Origin: Nematocida ausubeli
Lineage: Eukaryota
Direction: 5' to 3'
NCBI RefSeq assembly: GCF_000738915.1
Contig: NW_026515634.1
Span: 413,156-477,155, forward strand
Length of the DNA: 64,000 bases
The translations under genes and the position numbers were made by a program. Each line of letters starts with the position of its first letter. The first letter of the stretch is position 1. Shown piece by piece: positions 41,925 through 52,479 of this stretch. The notes below the pieces were generated by a model. That model was not told the DNA's origin. It was given only the letters and a program-made list of their open reading frames with translations, and did no database searches.

Positions 41925-42208
41925 ATGGCAGGCCTGCGTGCTAGAAGAGCACTGCTAAAGTTTACCTCTCACTGCATGTGCTACTTCAATTCTTAATACT
42001 GGTCGCACTCAAGTACTATATAGTATGTAGAATGCATTTAATACTTTGCATTCACAGACGCCTTCACTGTTTAGTAGTTAACACTGCTTGTGCACTTAAT
42101 TTAATCATGCATTTACTATCAACAGTGCAGCAAGGCATAAAATCCCTTGATTCTTTTATTACTGGATAAAAATGTCTATTTTAGCTGTCTGTGCATTACT
42201 ATAGTAGC

Positions 42209-43168
42209 CTACAATTTCTTTGTTCTGCCCGAAAAGTATGAAATAAGAGCGTTCTCCTGCACTAGTTCTGAAGCACCACGCCCCAGTCTATGCTCAATCT
42301 CCGATAGATAGCTCATCTGGTGACCCTTTTCTTCTGTGATTTCTTCCTTAAGCACATCAGCTATGGCATTTACGATTTCCTTCAGTCCCAGGCCAAACTC
42401 TGTTTTAATTCTTCTAAACTCTGCTTTGGCCGTTTCAAAATCCTCTGTTCTCATGATTCTGAACATCTGCTGTATCTCGCTTGGCTTAACCTCTTTATAA
42501 TGCTTATTTACCCTACTGCATGTTATCTCTCTGTCCTCTGTAATTAGTAGACCGTTTACCAGATTGACAGCTCTTCGTATATCTCCCTGTGCTATTTTGC
42601 AGATTCTTTCTATACTATCATCTGTAGCAATACCTTCCTCCTTTGCTACTATTTCTTTAACAAAAGCGTGCATTTCTGCTGGCTTGACTGGCCCAAAGCG
42701 GAAAGGGGCGCACCGCGACTTTATTGCAGGTATTATCTTTGTGGAATAGTTGCATATGATAATGAACCGCACATTCTTGGAGTAGATTTCAATTATTCTA
42801 CGGAGAGCATTCTGCGCCTCCTTTGTCATAGAGTCGGCCTCATCCAGAATGATAATCTTCATCTTGCACGATATGCCGAAGGTAGATGCAAATACCTTTA
42901 CCTTTTCTCGTATCACGCCAATACCTCTTTCGTCAGATGCGTTCAGCTCCATTACGTTTCTTTCTGGAGAAGCAAGCACTTCTCTGCAAATTGCTTTGGC
43001 TGCGGTTGTCTTGCCTGTTCCAGGAGGGCCAAAAAACAAAAAATGCGGTATGTCTTCTGACTTAACAAGAGCCTGCAAACCATCTGTTATATGTACATTT
43101 CCCACAAGATTCCGCAAGTATGCTGGTCTGTATTTTTCTGTCAGTGCTTGGTTACTAACTCCATTCAT
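42209..43168 (-). CDS. RFC3: Replication factor C small subunit (yeast Rfc3/human RFC5 type)
   Basis: [39 protein letters not shown] and SRC. Confidence 0.92.
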   Translation of the reverse strand: MNGVSNQALTEKYRPAYLRNLVGNVHITDGLQALVKSEDIPHFLFFGPPGTGKTTAAKAICREVLASPERNVMELNASDERGIGVIREKVKVFASTFGISCKMKIIILDEADSMTKEAQNALRRIIEIYSKNVRFIIICNYSTKIIPAIKSRCAPFRFGPVKPAEMHAFVKEIVAKEEGIATDDSIERICKIAQGDIRRAVNLVNGLLITEDREITCSRVNKHYKEVKPSEIQQMFRIMRTEDFETAKAEFRRIKTEFGLGLKEIVNAIADVLKEEITEEKGHQMSYLSEIEHRLGRGASELVQENALISYFSGRTKKL

Positions 43169-43537
43169 TAAAATAAAATATATTCAGCTATATCTGCAAA
43201 AGCTCTGCAGCATAAAGTAGGCTTAGCAAGCGCCATAAAGAAGCACTCTTATCGCACTCTTGCCTAAAAAGTGGTTTTGCGCATCCTAAAGCCCATCTGT
43301 ATGTTAGGTAAATCCAACAGCACTTATTATGGCACCCGTACATTAAATAGCTAAACAGAATAAATAACAGGCATGCTGTTTTAGCATTTAGCTGCCATAG
43401 CCAAAAGGTGTAAATCTGACTTTCAGTGATAATATAGCCACCTGCACACAATATATGATGAAACAGTTATAATTACTACTCGCATATAAAGAAACAAGAC
43501 CTTATTTACTAATCCTTTCAAGTCACAATTTATTTAG

Positions 43538-44863
43538 CTAGGAAGTATGTGCGTGCACAGGTGGGAATATGTCTGCTATTACGCCTACCTCGCTTGCGCC
43601 TATACTTTTCCCTATCCGCGCTGCATACGCATCAAGTGCCGATAGAATGTTAAATGCATATCGCAAACCATAGTTTACTGCCAAGTCACAAACGGCATGT
43701 ATCCCGTCTGTTTCAATCTGCTCACTCTCCTCTTTTGCGCGGAGCTTTATTATTTCATAAATCTCCTCCTTCGTGTACTTGTTAAGGCGCATTTCAAGAA
43801 CGCGGGAGTAGAAGTCAGCAGGCATTCCATACGCACTGCCTCCAGCCGCCGAGGCCTCTGAAGCCCCCCTCTGGCAGCTCTTGTTTGTGCTCAGAATAAT
43901 AACTGGGGAGGCTGATATCTCTGATAAAGTGTTGAGGAATGAGTAGCACTCAGTGTCCAGCAGATCTGACTCATTGATAAAGAGCACGCCTGTCACCAGT
44001 GTCCCTCTTCCTTCCTCAATCCACTCCTTCATTGTATTATTTACTGCCTCTCTTATCTCCATTGGAATTTCGCCTGATGTCATGCGAAGCGAGTCCTGCT
44101 TGCTGTTTAGAATGTCTATTTCATGTAGAGTAACGGTGTGGGTTTCTGTCTGCACTCTCAGAATCTCGCCCTCTGGGCACGGAATGTATTTGCTAACAGG
44201 CCCTATCGCCTCCTGGTCTCTGTTTTGGCTAAGTGACCTTCCCTTCTTTCTCACCATTCCAGTGCTTTTGTTCACTGTAACTATATCCCCTATTTCAACC
44301 TTTTCAGTATTCATAGCCTGGATTATTCCTGCCCCAAATGTGTATGCTGCCTCCATCTCTGTCGTTTTCAAAATGACACGTCCTGAGATGCCCTTTTCTC
44401 TATCGCACTGTATCTCAACTACCTCGCCCTCTAGGACTTTTGTTGTCTCCTGCACCCGAATGCCAAGCGATTCGCGGATGGCCTGTGTAAGCGCCTCTGT
44501 TTTACTCAAAGAGCTAGAGAATATTTCACTTGCAGAAATTGCTTTACACGGGACTCCCTTTCTTTTCAGATCAAGGGACAGTGCATATTCTAGCGCTGAC
44601 TTGCCTGTGCCGGTCTCTCCTGTAATAAGAATTGTTCTTCCTTTATGACTCTCCACCAGCTTAGACAGAAGGAAAAGCATTTTTCGCTCTTTTTCGCGCC
44701 CTATGATGCCGGACTCGCTTGCTCCGCTTGAGGATACCGCTGGAAGCCCTTGAGACCCATCAGACGAATCTTCCTGGGGAGCACTGCCCATGCCCAGCCC
44801 ATTTATGTGCGAATGCACGCCAATTCGGTCCAAAAGCGCAATTGCACTTACTTTTTCAAACAT
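43538..44863 (-). CDS. RVB2: RuvB-like AAA+ protein 2 (Rvb2/Reptin), degenerate Walker B
   Basis: RIGVHSHI.GLG, GETGTGKS, SKTEALTQA, EGEVVEIQ, LKTTEME, CPEGE and VTLHEID; start at ATG 44863. Confidence 0.9.
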   Translation of the reverse strand: MFEKVSAIALLDRIGVHSHINGLGMGSAPQEDSSDGSQGLPAVSSSGASESGIIGREKERKMLFLLSKLVESHKGRTILITGETGTGKSALEYALSLDLKRKGVPCKAISASEIFSSSLSKTEALTQAIRESLGIRVQETTKVLEGEVVEIQCDREKGISGRVILKTTEMEAAYTFGAGIIQAMNTEKVEIGDIVTVNKSTGMVRKKGRSLSQNRDQEAIGPVSKYIPCPEGEILRVQTETHTVTLHEIDILNSKQDSLRMTSGEIPMEIREAVNNTMKEWIEEGRGTLVTGVLFINESDLLDTECYSFLNTLSEISASPVIILSTNKSCQRGASEASAAGGSAYGMPADFYSRVLEMRLNKYTKEEIYEIIKLRAKEESEQIETDGIHAVCDLAVNYGLRYAFNILSALDAYAARIGKSIGASEVGVIADIFPPVHAHTS

Positions 44864-44879
44864 AAAAAATTGAAGAGAA

Positions 44880-45449
44880 ATGGAAAGTATAAGAAAGCTT
44901 ACAGAAGTAGTCATTTCCACTATTTTAAAAAGCGAAGACTTTACAGGAGTGGAAGGCAAAGCACTAGACTTTCTAACCACTACACTTCTCAACTACATGA
45001 TCTACACAGGCAGTAGGCTCAAAAAGCAGTGCGAAATAAGCAGGAGAACGTCCCCAACACTTGTTGATGCTGGGTGCATCATACAAGAAATAAACGCACA
45101 AGACTGCCAGCCCAGCGAAAGCACTCTCATCTCGGCACTAGAGAAGTTCAACAGCATGGAGCTAGAACAGATAACAGCCGAGCTAGAAAGTGACCCTGCA
45201 GATGATCCTAATGAGTTTATAAGCGAGGCATGCACATATGTAGACTGCCCGCAAAACTACTACGAATTTCTCCCAAAGCTACCGCCTGCACACACGTTTA
45301 AAAACAGCTCTATAAAGCGGAAAATAACAGATGACAGAGCGCAGAAGGCAAGAATTCGGAATGAGCAGATAAAGCAGGTGGTGGAAAACCTCTTCTGCAT
45401 TATGTTAAAGACAGGGCGATCTCCTAAATATGCAAACTATCTCATGTAA
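44880..45449 (+). CDS. TAF8: TFIID subunit Taf8
   Basis: N-terminal histone fold (CEISRRTSPTLVD) and FLPKLPPAHTF. Confidence 0.85.
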   Translation: MESIRKLTEVVISTILKSEDFTGVEGKALDFLTTTLLNYMIYTGSRLKKQCEISRRTSPTLVDAGCIIQEINAQDCQPSESTLISALEKFNSMELEQITAELESDPADDPNEFISEACTYVDCPQNYYEFLPKLPPAHTFKNSSIKRKITDDRAQKARIRNEQIKQVVENLFCIMLKTGRSPKYANYLM

Positions 45450-46066
45450 AATAAGCTTTAGCTAATCTAGTCAATGCGTACGCACCAGAAGACTGCTGTA
45501 ACATGTAATTCGTGCATTTATAACCTAGACATCTATTTAAGAATGCAAACTCAATTTCTCTATATATGCATACTTGTCTATTTATATAGTCTAACTATTC
45601 TATTGTATAACAAAATTGTGCTATTTTCTGGGCTTTGATGTACAATATATGCTCTTATAAATATTAGTTGATGGTAGATATGAAAATGCGAGTGCAAAAG
45701 TGCCTCTACAATCCCAAGTTATATAAAAGAATACCTCTGCAAACTACTAGAATTAACAGAGAAAAATTCAAATACAAAAGAATTCACGTGTAGGTGTCTA
45801 TAGTGTAAAAAGGCCTGTAGTCTATATTTATTTCAGTGTTCTAAATATTGAGGGCTGTTTTGCATATAACTGATCCCTCCAAGCACGCCAGTAGTAGAGT
45901 GCTACTCAACTATCAAGATTTCATGTACTGAGTAGCTGTCTCTGAAACAATAAGACTAATATGTAAAGAGCTCTTGGCAACAGTAATTAAATGCCCATGC
46001 AAATTACAACATCCAATAGGTTAAGTTTTGACAATAAAAATTACTATTTACTAGAAAATTAAAGCG

Positions 46067-46816
46067 CTACACAGTGTTTTCCTTTAGCTTCCTTGTGCTT
46101 TCTTCCTCAAATAGGTCTTTCATCCTCTTTACAAACATAAATACATCATGTGTGTCCTCTAACTCTTTTAAAGCAGGCTTGTATCTCTTTTCATCAATGC
46201 TAGCCTTTACTATGTGGTACGTGTCGGTCATGCTTATCTGGAAGTAATACTCACTCTCATGTATTTTAAAAAGGAACAAAACCGAACCATCCTCTACCGC
46301 AGTAATAGAGAGGTCGAATAGGCGAGAGTAGTACTCAATCTCCTTCTTAATACGCACTCTCTCCTTCTCTTCCTTTTCCTCCTCCTGCTTGAGGGCTCTT
46401 TTCAGCTGCACAATGTGTGCCGACATCTGGGACAGGGTCTGCCCAAGCACATACTTCTTCTGAAGAGCCTGTCGCTGTCTTTCCTCCATTCCCTGCTGCG
46501 ACGCCTTCATATTTTTTATTTCCTCCTGCTCTGTTTCTGTTTTTTGAGCTAGCCTTTGTCTTTCCTCAAGCAGCTTTATGTTTTCCTCCTTCAGCTGAGC
46601 AAGCGTGTTCTGCAAAAGACCCTCTCTCCGGACGGCTTCCTGCCTCTGCCTTTGATAGTTTCGCAGTGTCTGGTGTGCTGTCTGTGATATCCATTTGCTG
46701 ATTGTGCTGGTCTCCTGGATTATTTCCTCTGCCACTTTTTTTATGTTTTCCAGCAGCTCTGTTCTTTTGCTGGCGCTTTCTGAAGTATCCTGTTTGGCAC
46801 TCTTCAGAAGATCCAT
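46067..46816 (-). CDS. SPC25: Kinetochore Ndc80-complex subunit Spc25-like
   Basis: Long coiled coil then RWD-like head (YYSRLFDLSI..VEDGSVLFLFKI...FVKRMKDLF). Confidence 0.75.
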   Translation of the reverse strand: MDLLKSAKQDTSESASKRTELLENIKKVAEEIIQETSTISKWISQTAHQTLRNYQRQRQEAVRREGLLQNTLAQLKEENIKLLEERQRLAQKTETEQEEIKNMKASQQGMEERQRQALQKKYVLGQTLSQMSAHIVQLKRALKQEEEKEEKERVRIKKEIEYYSRLFDLSITAVEDGSVLFLFKIHESEYYFQISMTDTYHIVKASIDEKRYKPALKELEDTHDVFMFVKRMKDLFEEESTRKLKENTV

Positions 46817-46848
46817 TTAAATAAATCGGATTTAAATAAAAAATAAGT

Positions 46849-47559
46849 ATGAATAGAGAAGTAATCCACCACTGCGTCTGCTGCAAGGAAGCTCCTTCGG
46901 TACTTCTTGCCCAAAGCCCCTTTTGCTCTGAATGCTTTGTAAACCGACTGGAGAAAGTATTCTTTGCCGAAGTCAGAAAATCTCTCTCCCATACATTTCG
47001 AAAGAGAGAGCGAAAAGTGTTAGTTGTTCTGGATGACAACACTTTGGCATCGCAGATACTAAAAAATCTCACGAAGAAAAGCACATCTGCGACGATTAAG
47101 TATCACTACTGCACATTTACAAAAGATGAAAATGCGCCATGCAATGGCTACACCTATATAGCATCTAAAGAGAACACGCACAACTCGCGTGTTGAGGCAG
47201 CAAAGGAGTATGCATTTAACAATGACTTTAGCTGTATTTTGTTCAGCCACTACTCTGTAGAAGTGGCCTATGAAATATTAAAAATGATAACCAGTGGAAA
47301 TGTTGCGCAGTATATAGAGGCGTTCAAAGGAGACAATACAATATCAGTTTGCTATCCATTCTATGCTGTCTCTTACAAGTCAATTGCTTTTTTTGCTCTA
47401 TACACTGGAATACTTGATAGCCCAGCATATATTAAAATAAGTGAGAGAAAGGAAAGGGAGTCGCAGGCCCACGGTGTACTAATTCGCGATTTGCTAAAGA
47501 ATTCTCCTGCGAGTATTCTAAACCTCATAAGAATACAGCAGCGAATGGAAGATGCATAA
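46849..47559 (+). CDS. NCS2: Cytoplasmic tRNA 2-thiolation protein 2 (Ncs2/Ctu2)-like, reduced
   Basis: N-terminal CxxC...FCxxCF, KVLV, A.EILK..SG and C-terminal ASILNLIR pattern. Confidence 0.7.
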   Translation: MNREVIHHCVCCKEAPSVLLAQSPFCSECFVNRLEKVFFAEVRKSLSHTFRKRERKVLVVLDDNTLASQILKNLTKKSTSATIKYHYCTFTKDENAPCNGYTYIASKENTHNSRVEAAKEYAFNNDFSCILFSHYSVEVAYEILKMITSGNVAQYIEAFKGDNTISVCYPFYAVSYKSIAFFALYTGILDSPAYIKISERKERESQAHGVLIRDLLKNSPASILNLIRIQQRMEDA

Positions 47560-48634
47560 GCTGTAGAAAATGTGCAAAGATTCTTGCATACCACACCTAG
47601 TCTTGGATAAGTGCAGCAAAAGACATCTGTTCTAAACTGCAGCAGTAACAAGAAGATGCATGCCATGGCCTTATGGTTTAATGCAACTGCATATCTTCCT
47701 ACTTCTATTGATTAGATCGCGCAGGGCTGTCATCTGTAGTTTAATTTTCGTCCATGTAAACAACATCTCTGTAAGATTTAAGTATACACACCTTTTACTT
47801 ATAGAAACTCCACATATAGGCATAGTTTCTAATTGCCAAATCTGTGTATAAATCCTCCAGCGAAAGTGACTTGTGGCATAGAAATATATGCCCAACGAAC
47901 AGGCAGCTATAATGGTCTGCTGGTTTTTGCAAAAGATTTTGCCAAGTAAGAGATATTGGGTTATATCTCTAGCGCCTCTGCATCTGAGGAGTTTTGTATA
48001 TTAAGCTTACAACACTCTCTGATGCATAGATTCTGCTCTTGCATGCATTTTAGAACCAGGCTTTTTCTTATTTATTTTGTATGAAGGAATATTAGTTCTA
48101 TGTAACAACGGCATGCTTTTATTATTTAAAATAAATTCATATAGCCTCTACATATTGTTTGTAAGTTCTCGGTATTTTGTGATGTATGTTCTTTTGTAGT
48201 AATTTATATTGCCAAAACCATTTGTATACTATGCCATGCTGTTATTATGGCAACTTTACAAAATTACTTGCTGTTCCTGTCTACTGTAAATTGCTCTAAG
48301 ATCTTCCTAGCTTTTTTCTTCTTAAATTTATATTTCATACAGAGCATTGAACAGAAGTGTTTATTTGATTTATTATATACACCTGTATATATTTCTGCAA
48401 TGAACGTGATATTTTCCTTAATTTCACATGCATGCAGATTTTAAATAATATACAGGTAAAAGAGTCTTTAAGCTACTTGCATATTCTGCATTTCTCTTCC
48501 ATGCATGATCTTTTTTTGGCCGGTATATTTTTCTTTGCTATATGCATTATTCTGCAAAGGAACTAAAAATACTCAATATTGTGATCCACCAAAAACCTTT
48601 GTATATTATTTGCTCTTAATAATTTACAAAAAAT

Positions 48635-50416
48635 ATGGAAGAAGACTCTCTGACTAGAGCAATACCATTGCTTCTGCAGGCACTCGAGCTAAGAAAAAAG
48701 TACATGCGAATTAGCAAGCAGAACAAGTCTTGGAGCAAGTATCCAGTTCCAGGCGGCATATATGCAGAAAAAAGCAATGATCACTGGAGCTTGATTAATG
48801 ATGATGTAGCGATACCCTCCATTGCAGACTACCACAGAGATGCAGAGTTTATTACATCGCTGATCCATAACGGGCCTTTAAAAACGTTTTGTTTTCAGAG
48901 ATTAGAATATTTAGAGCTGCAGTTTAAAATACACACAAACGAATTTGCACATAAAGAGAAAATGGAGCAGAAGACCCTTTCCAACAAAGACTTCTATAAT
49001 GTGGTCAAGGTAGATACACATCTACACCACTCTGCCAGCATGAATTCTAAGAAGCTACTAATATATATTAAGAAGAAGCTAAGAGACTTTCCGCATGAAA
49101 CAGTCTACAAGGACAAGGCTGGGAAGCTGCACACGCTGCAGAATATATTCACGGGAATAAACAAAACAGTTGAAACCCTGTGCCTTGATAGCCTGGGGAC
49201 TCAGTCAAATCTGGAGACTTTCCACAGATTTGATCGGTTTAACTCAAAGTACACTCCATACGGGATCCCTATTCTGAGAGAGGTTTTTCTAAAGCATGAC
49301 AACTACATTGGAGGGAAATATTTGGCAGAGCTGACACAGGAGCTAGTCGATGAAATTGAAGAGAAAGAGTATCTGAAGTGTGAGTGGGGAATATCACTAT
49401 ATGGCAAGAATAGGAACGAGCTTGAAGTGCTCTGCAGATGGATAGCCAGAAACAGGTTGTATAATAAAAACATTAAATGGTATCTGCAGGTACCTCGGCT
49501 GTATGGGGTTTTTAAGGGCTACGGCGCCGTAAAGAACTATGCAGAGTTTCTTAGTAATGTGTTCAGTTGCGTCATTGAGTCAGCAAACAGGCCTGGTGTA
49601 GATGCCAAAGAGGAATCTGCTCCAACTGAAGAGGGCACAGAGCCTGGCAAAGATACAATTATCGATAGATTTATGTCTGAGGTAGTGGGATTTGACTCTG
49701 TTGACGATGAAAGCGTGAAAACCAAAAGAAACAGCTCTGAGAAGGACCCTCCCAGCATGTGGAGCCATATGGATAACCCGCCATACTCCTACTATATTTA
49801 TTACATGTACTACTACACTGCGCTGATAAATAGACTTAGAGTAAGCCGAAAGAAAGCCCCACTCGCATTTAGACCACATTCTGGTGAGTCTGGAGAAACA
49901 GACCACTTGGTGTATTCATTCTTGACTGCCAAAAGCATTGCTCACGGTGTAAAACTAAGAAAGTCTCCTGTTTTGCAGTATCTGTACTATTTGTCACAAA
50001 TCGGCATCTCAATGTCGCCGCTTAGCAATAACTCCCTGTTCATAGAGTATAGAAAGAATCCGTTCCCTTTATATTTCCAGCGGGGTCTGAACGTGTGCCT
50101 GTCCACTGATGATCCTCTGCAGTTCCACTACACAAGAGAGCCTTTGATGGAAGAGTACAGCATCGCGTGCCAGATATGGAAGCTATCCTCATGCGACCAG
50201 TGCGAGATAGCCCGAAACAGTGTGCTCATCAGCAACTACACAAAAGAGGAAAAGACTAAGTGGATAGGGGTGCATGAGGTAAACGGAAGGCTTGTAAACG
50301 ACCAGACCATGACAAATGTTCCTCCAACAAGATTTAACTATAGAGCAAAGCGAATTTCCGAAGAGTACAAGATTCTTCAGAAATACTCATATGTAAGACA
50401 GTCACCTGCAGTATAA
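48635..50416 (+). CDS. AMD1: AMP deaminase
   Basis: DFYNVVKVDTHLHHSA, FHRFDRFNSKY, GFDSVDDES, RPHSGE, SPLSNNSLF and LSTDDPLQFH. Confidence 0.97.
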   Translation: MEEDSLTRAIPLLLQALELRKKYMRISKQNKSWSKYPVPGGIYAEKSNDHWSLINDDVAIPSIADYHRDAEFITSLIHNGPLKTFCFQRLEYLELQFKIHTNEFAHKEKMEQKTLSNKDFYNVVKVDTHLHHSASMNSKKLLIYIKKKLRDFPHETVYKDKAGKLHTLQNIFTGINKTVETLCLDSLGTQSNLETFHRFDRFNSKYTPYGIPILREVFLKHDNYIGGKYLAELTQELVDEIEEKEYLKCEWGISLYGKNRNELEVLCRWIARNRLYNKNIKWYLQVPRLYGVFKGYGAVKNYAEFLSNVFSCVIESANRPGVDAKEESAPTEEGTEPGKDTIIDRFMSEVVGFDSVDDESVKTKRNSSEKDPPSMWSHMDNPPYSYYIYYMYYYTALINRLRVSRKKAPLAFRPHSGESGETDHLVYSFLTAKSIAHGVKLRKSPVLQYLYYLSQIGISMSPLSNNSLFIEYRKNPFPLYFQRGLNVCLSTDDPLQFHYTREPLMEEYSIACQIWKLSSCDQCEIARNSVLISNYTKEEKTKWIGVHEVNGRLVNDQTMTNVPPTRFNYRAKRISEEYKILQKYSYVRQSPAV

Positions 50417-51103
50417 AAGCAATATTCAGCACACTAACTGAGTTTAAAATAAAAGAATACTAAAGCAATCCTATACCTAATAATCAACTTTTCTAATGCG
50501 TACATTTTCTTTGTTATGCGCTTGTCTGTGTGTATAATGGCTGGGTAGTTAGTTCTAAATTATTATGTTTTACTAGAATAGTTTCTTTTTATATTTGTTC
50601 CTTTTTATAAAATGTACACTATTATATTCTTTCTGGTTTTATATTCCATAGAGCCTTTCTAAAAATATCCCGACTATATGAAAGGATTCCATGAGAATAA
50701 GACAGCACTATAGAACAGCTATCATGAAAGAAAAGAACCAGCTTTGGAGTATAATAGTTAATAATAATGTAAGAATGTGCACAGATTACATATACAGATA
50801 TACAAACCTACACATGTAGCTTCTTAAGAGCTCATAAAAGCAGAAAATACTATATGCGCCAGTGCTAATAAAAAACAGGCTCCTCTGGCTAGCTATACAC
50901 GCATTCATATATACTATGTTGTGCATAGAAATTTCCTGTAAACAAGAATCTATTACAAACTTCTACTCCTAGTTGTTATGCATGGGCTTCGAACAAATGA
51001 ATAACAGAAAATCTTCAATAAATAATTAACTTTAATACTTATAAGAATAGTCTCCTAGAGCACACTACAACACGCATTGCATATAGTGCCTATTAGGCCG
51101 CAA

Positions 51104-52318
51104 TTAGTACGGTGTAAAGCTATTCCTGCTTGCAGGAATTAGCTCAGTGTCCCAGTTAAACAGATAGTAGTTAATAACTCCATCGCCCTTCAGGAACCCT
51201 GACTTCACTAGTATGTCCTCAGTGTTGCTTTCTAGCTCCAGTGCATTAAACACATCGCATTCATCCATGTTTTTCAGGTATCTGATCACTCCTTGCATGC
51301 TTCCTACTCCGTGCCGCATTGTGTGATATGATAGATAGGCAGTTCGTATGGTTGCATTATTTTCTGCCGGCTTGGTTGCAAGATAGAACATGGAAACAAA
51401 CTCGCTTCCATCCTGGCTTATTAGCATGTCTGAAATCCGCTCCTTCCCATACACATAGTACTTAAACTGCTCATATGTGAAGTTTGCAGACAGATCTAGC
51501 TGCTGGTACTTGTTGCAGTACATCTTATATGCCTCAGGCAGCTCTTCCTCTTTTATCCTCCGATACTGAACAGTCTCTGAGTCATGCAGTGTGATCTCGT
51601 CCTCTGTTGCATTTTCGACATCCTCTTGGTCACAGAACCCGCTTTCCACAAGAGGGCCCTCTCTAAGTATTCTATGGTAGTATCTGGACCTTGTAAATAT
51701 ATACGGGAGCTTTTCACCTGATGTGAATAGCGCAGAGAATATCCCCTTTTTATTCACCTCTTTTGTTACTTCTTTGATGAGCAGAGGCGCAAGTCTTCTT
51801 TTTCTGTACTTCTTGTGCACACACAAAAAGTTAACCACTGCTGTCTTTGGTGTGCTCTCTTTTATTTTTATGTCTATTGCTGTTGCTGATATAAATCCAA
51901 TAAGTGTGCCCTCCGTAAATACCCCTATATTCCACTCGGGGTATGCATATGGAGACTCTAGCTGCCACTTTATAAACTCAGGCGAGTATTGAAGGCTGAA
52001 CTTCCCCTTTCCATCTTCTATGTAGTGCCCCATTAACAGCTCGCATACTGAAGATATTTCAGTCTGCAGGTCTATCTGCCTAATTTCAATATCAAGCTCT
52101 GAACTTGCATCTAACAGCTGTTTGCTGCTGTCTACTGGCTTTTCATTACTATCAGGGGCTCTCTTCCCCAATGGCTCATTTGCCCAAAACGCATGCTCCT
52201 TTAATAGTGTTTCATTCACTACTTTATATGCGGTCTTTCTTTTTTCTTCTCTTGTGCGCTCTTTCAGCACATTTGGTTCTTCATTTTTGCTATTTTCATG
52301 CTTTACTTCTTCTGTCAT
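51104..52318 (-). CDS. NMT1: Glycylpeptide N-myristoyltransferase
   Basis: FWANEP, HYIED, VNFLCVHKKYRKRRLAPLLIKEVT, DVFNAL and GDG..NYYLFNW; first ATG at 52318. Confidence 0.96.
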   Translation of the reverse strand: MTEEVKHENSKNEEPNVLKERTREEKRKTAYKVVNETLLKEHAFWANEPLGKRAPDSNEKPVDSSKQLLDASSELDIEIRQIDLQTEISSVCELLMGHYIEDGKGKFSLQYSPEFIKWQLESPYAYPEWNIGVFTEGTLIGFISATAIDIKIKESTPKTAVVNFLCVHKKYRKRRLAPLLIKEVTKEVNKKGIFSALFTSGEKLPYIFTRSRYYHRILREGPLVESGFCDQEDVENATEDEITLHDSETVQYRRIKEEELPEAYKMYCNKYQQLDLSANFTYEQFKYYVYGKERISDMLISQDGSEFVSMFYLATKPAENNATIRTAYLSYHTMRHGVGSMQGVIRYLKNMDECDVFNALELESNTEDILVKSGFLKGDGVINYYLFNWDTELIPASRNSFTPY

Positions 52319-52479
52319 TTGTTTATAAAAAAGTGAATGTGTAAAGAAAAGAGAATGATTTATATTAATGAAAAGGAAATGGAATTGGATATAGAGAGAA
52401 TAATGAGTGGCTGGCAGGGTGAAGAGTCTGCAAGGATGAAAGCTCAAATAAAAAGAATTGAAGACCAACAAAGTTTTTA

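Noticed and set aside
44863..44992. Apparent RVB2/TAF8 overlap, and similar ones at 30433-30531, 52480-52546 and 54479-54489
   Set aside because: ORF-track extensions from non-ATG starts; homology begins at downstream ATGs. RVB2 has one upstream in-frame ATG inside TAF8, but the added sequence is not Rvb-like.
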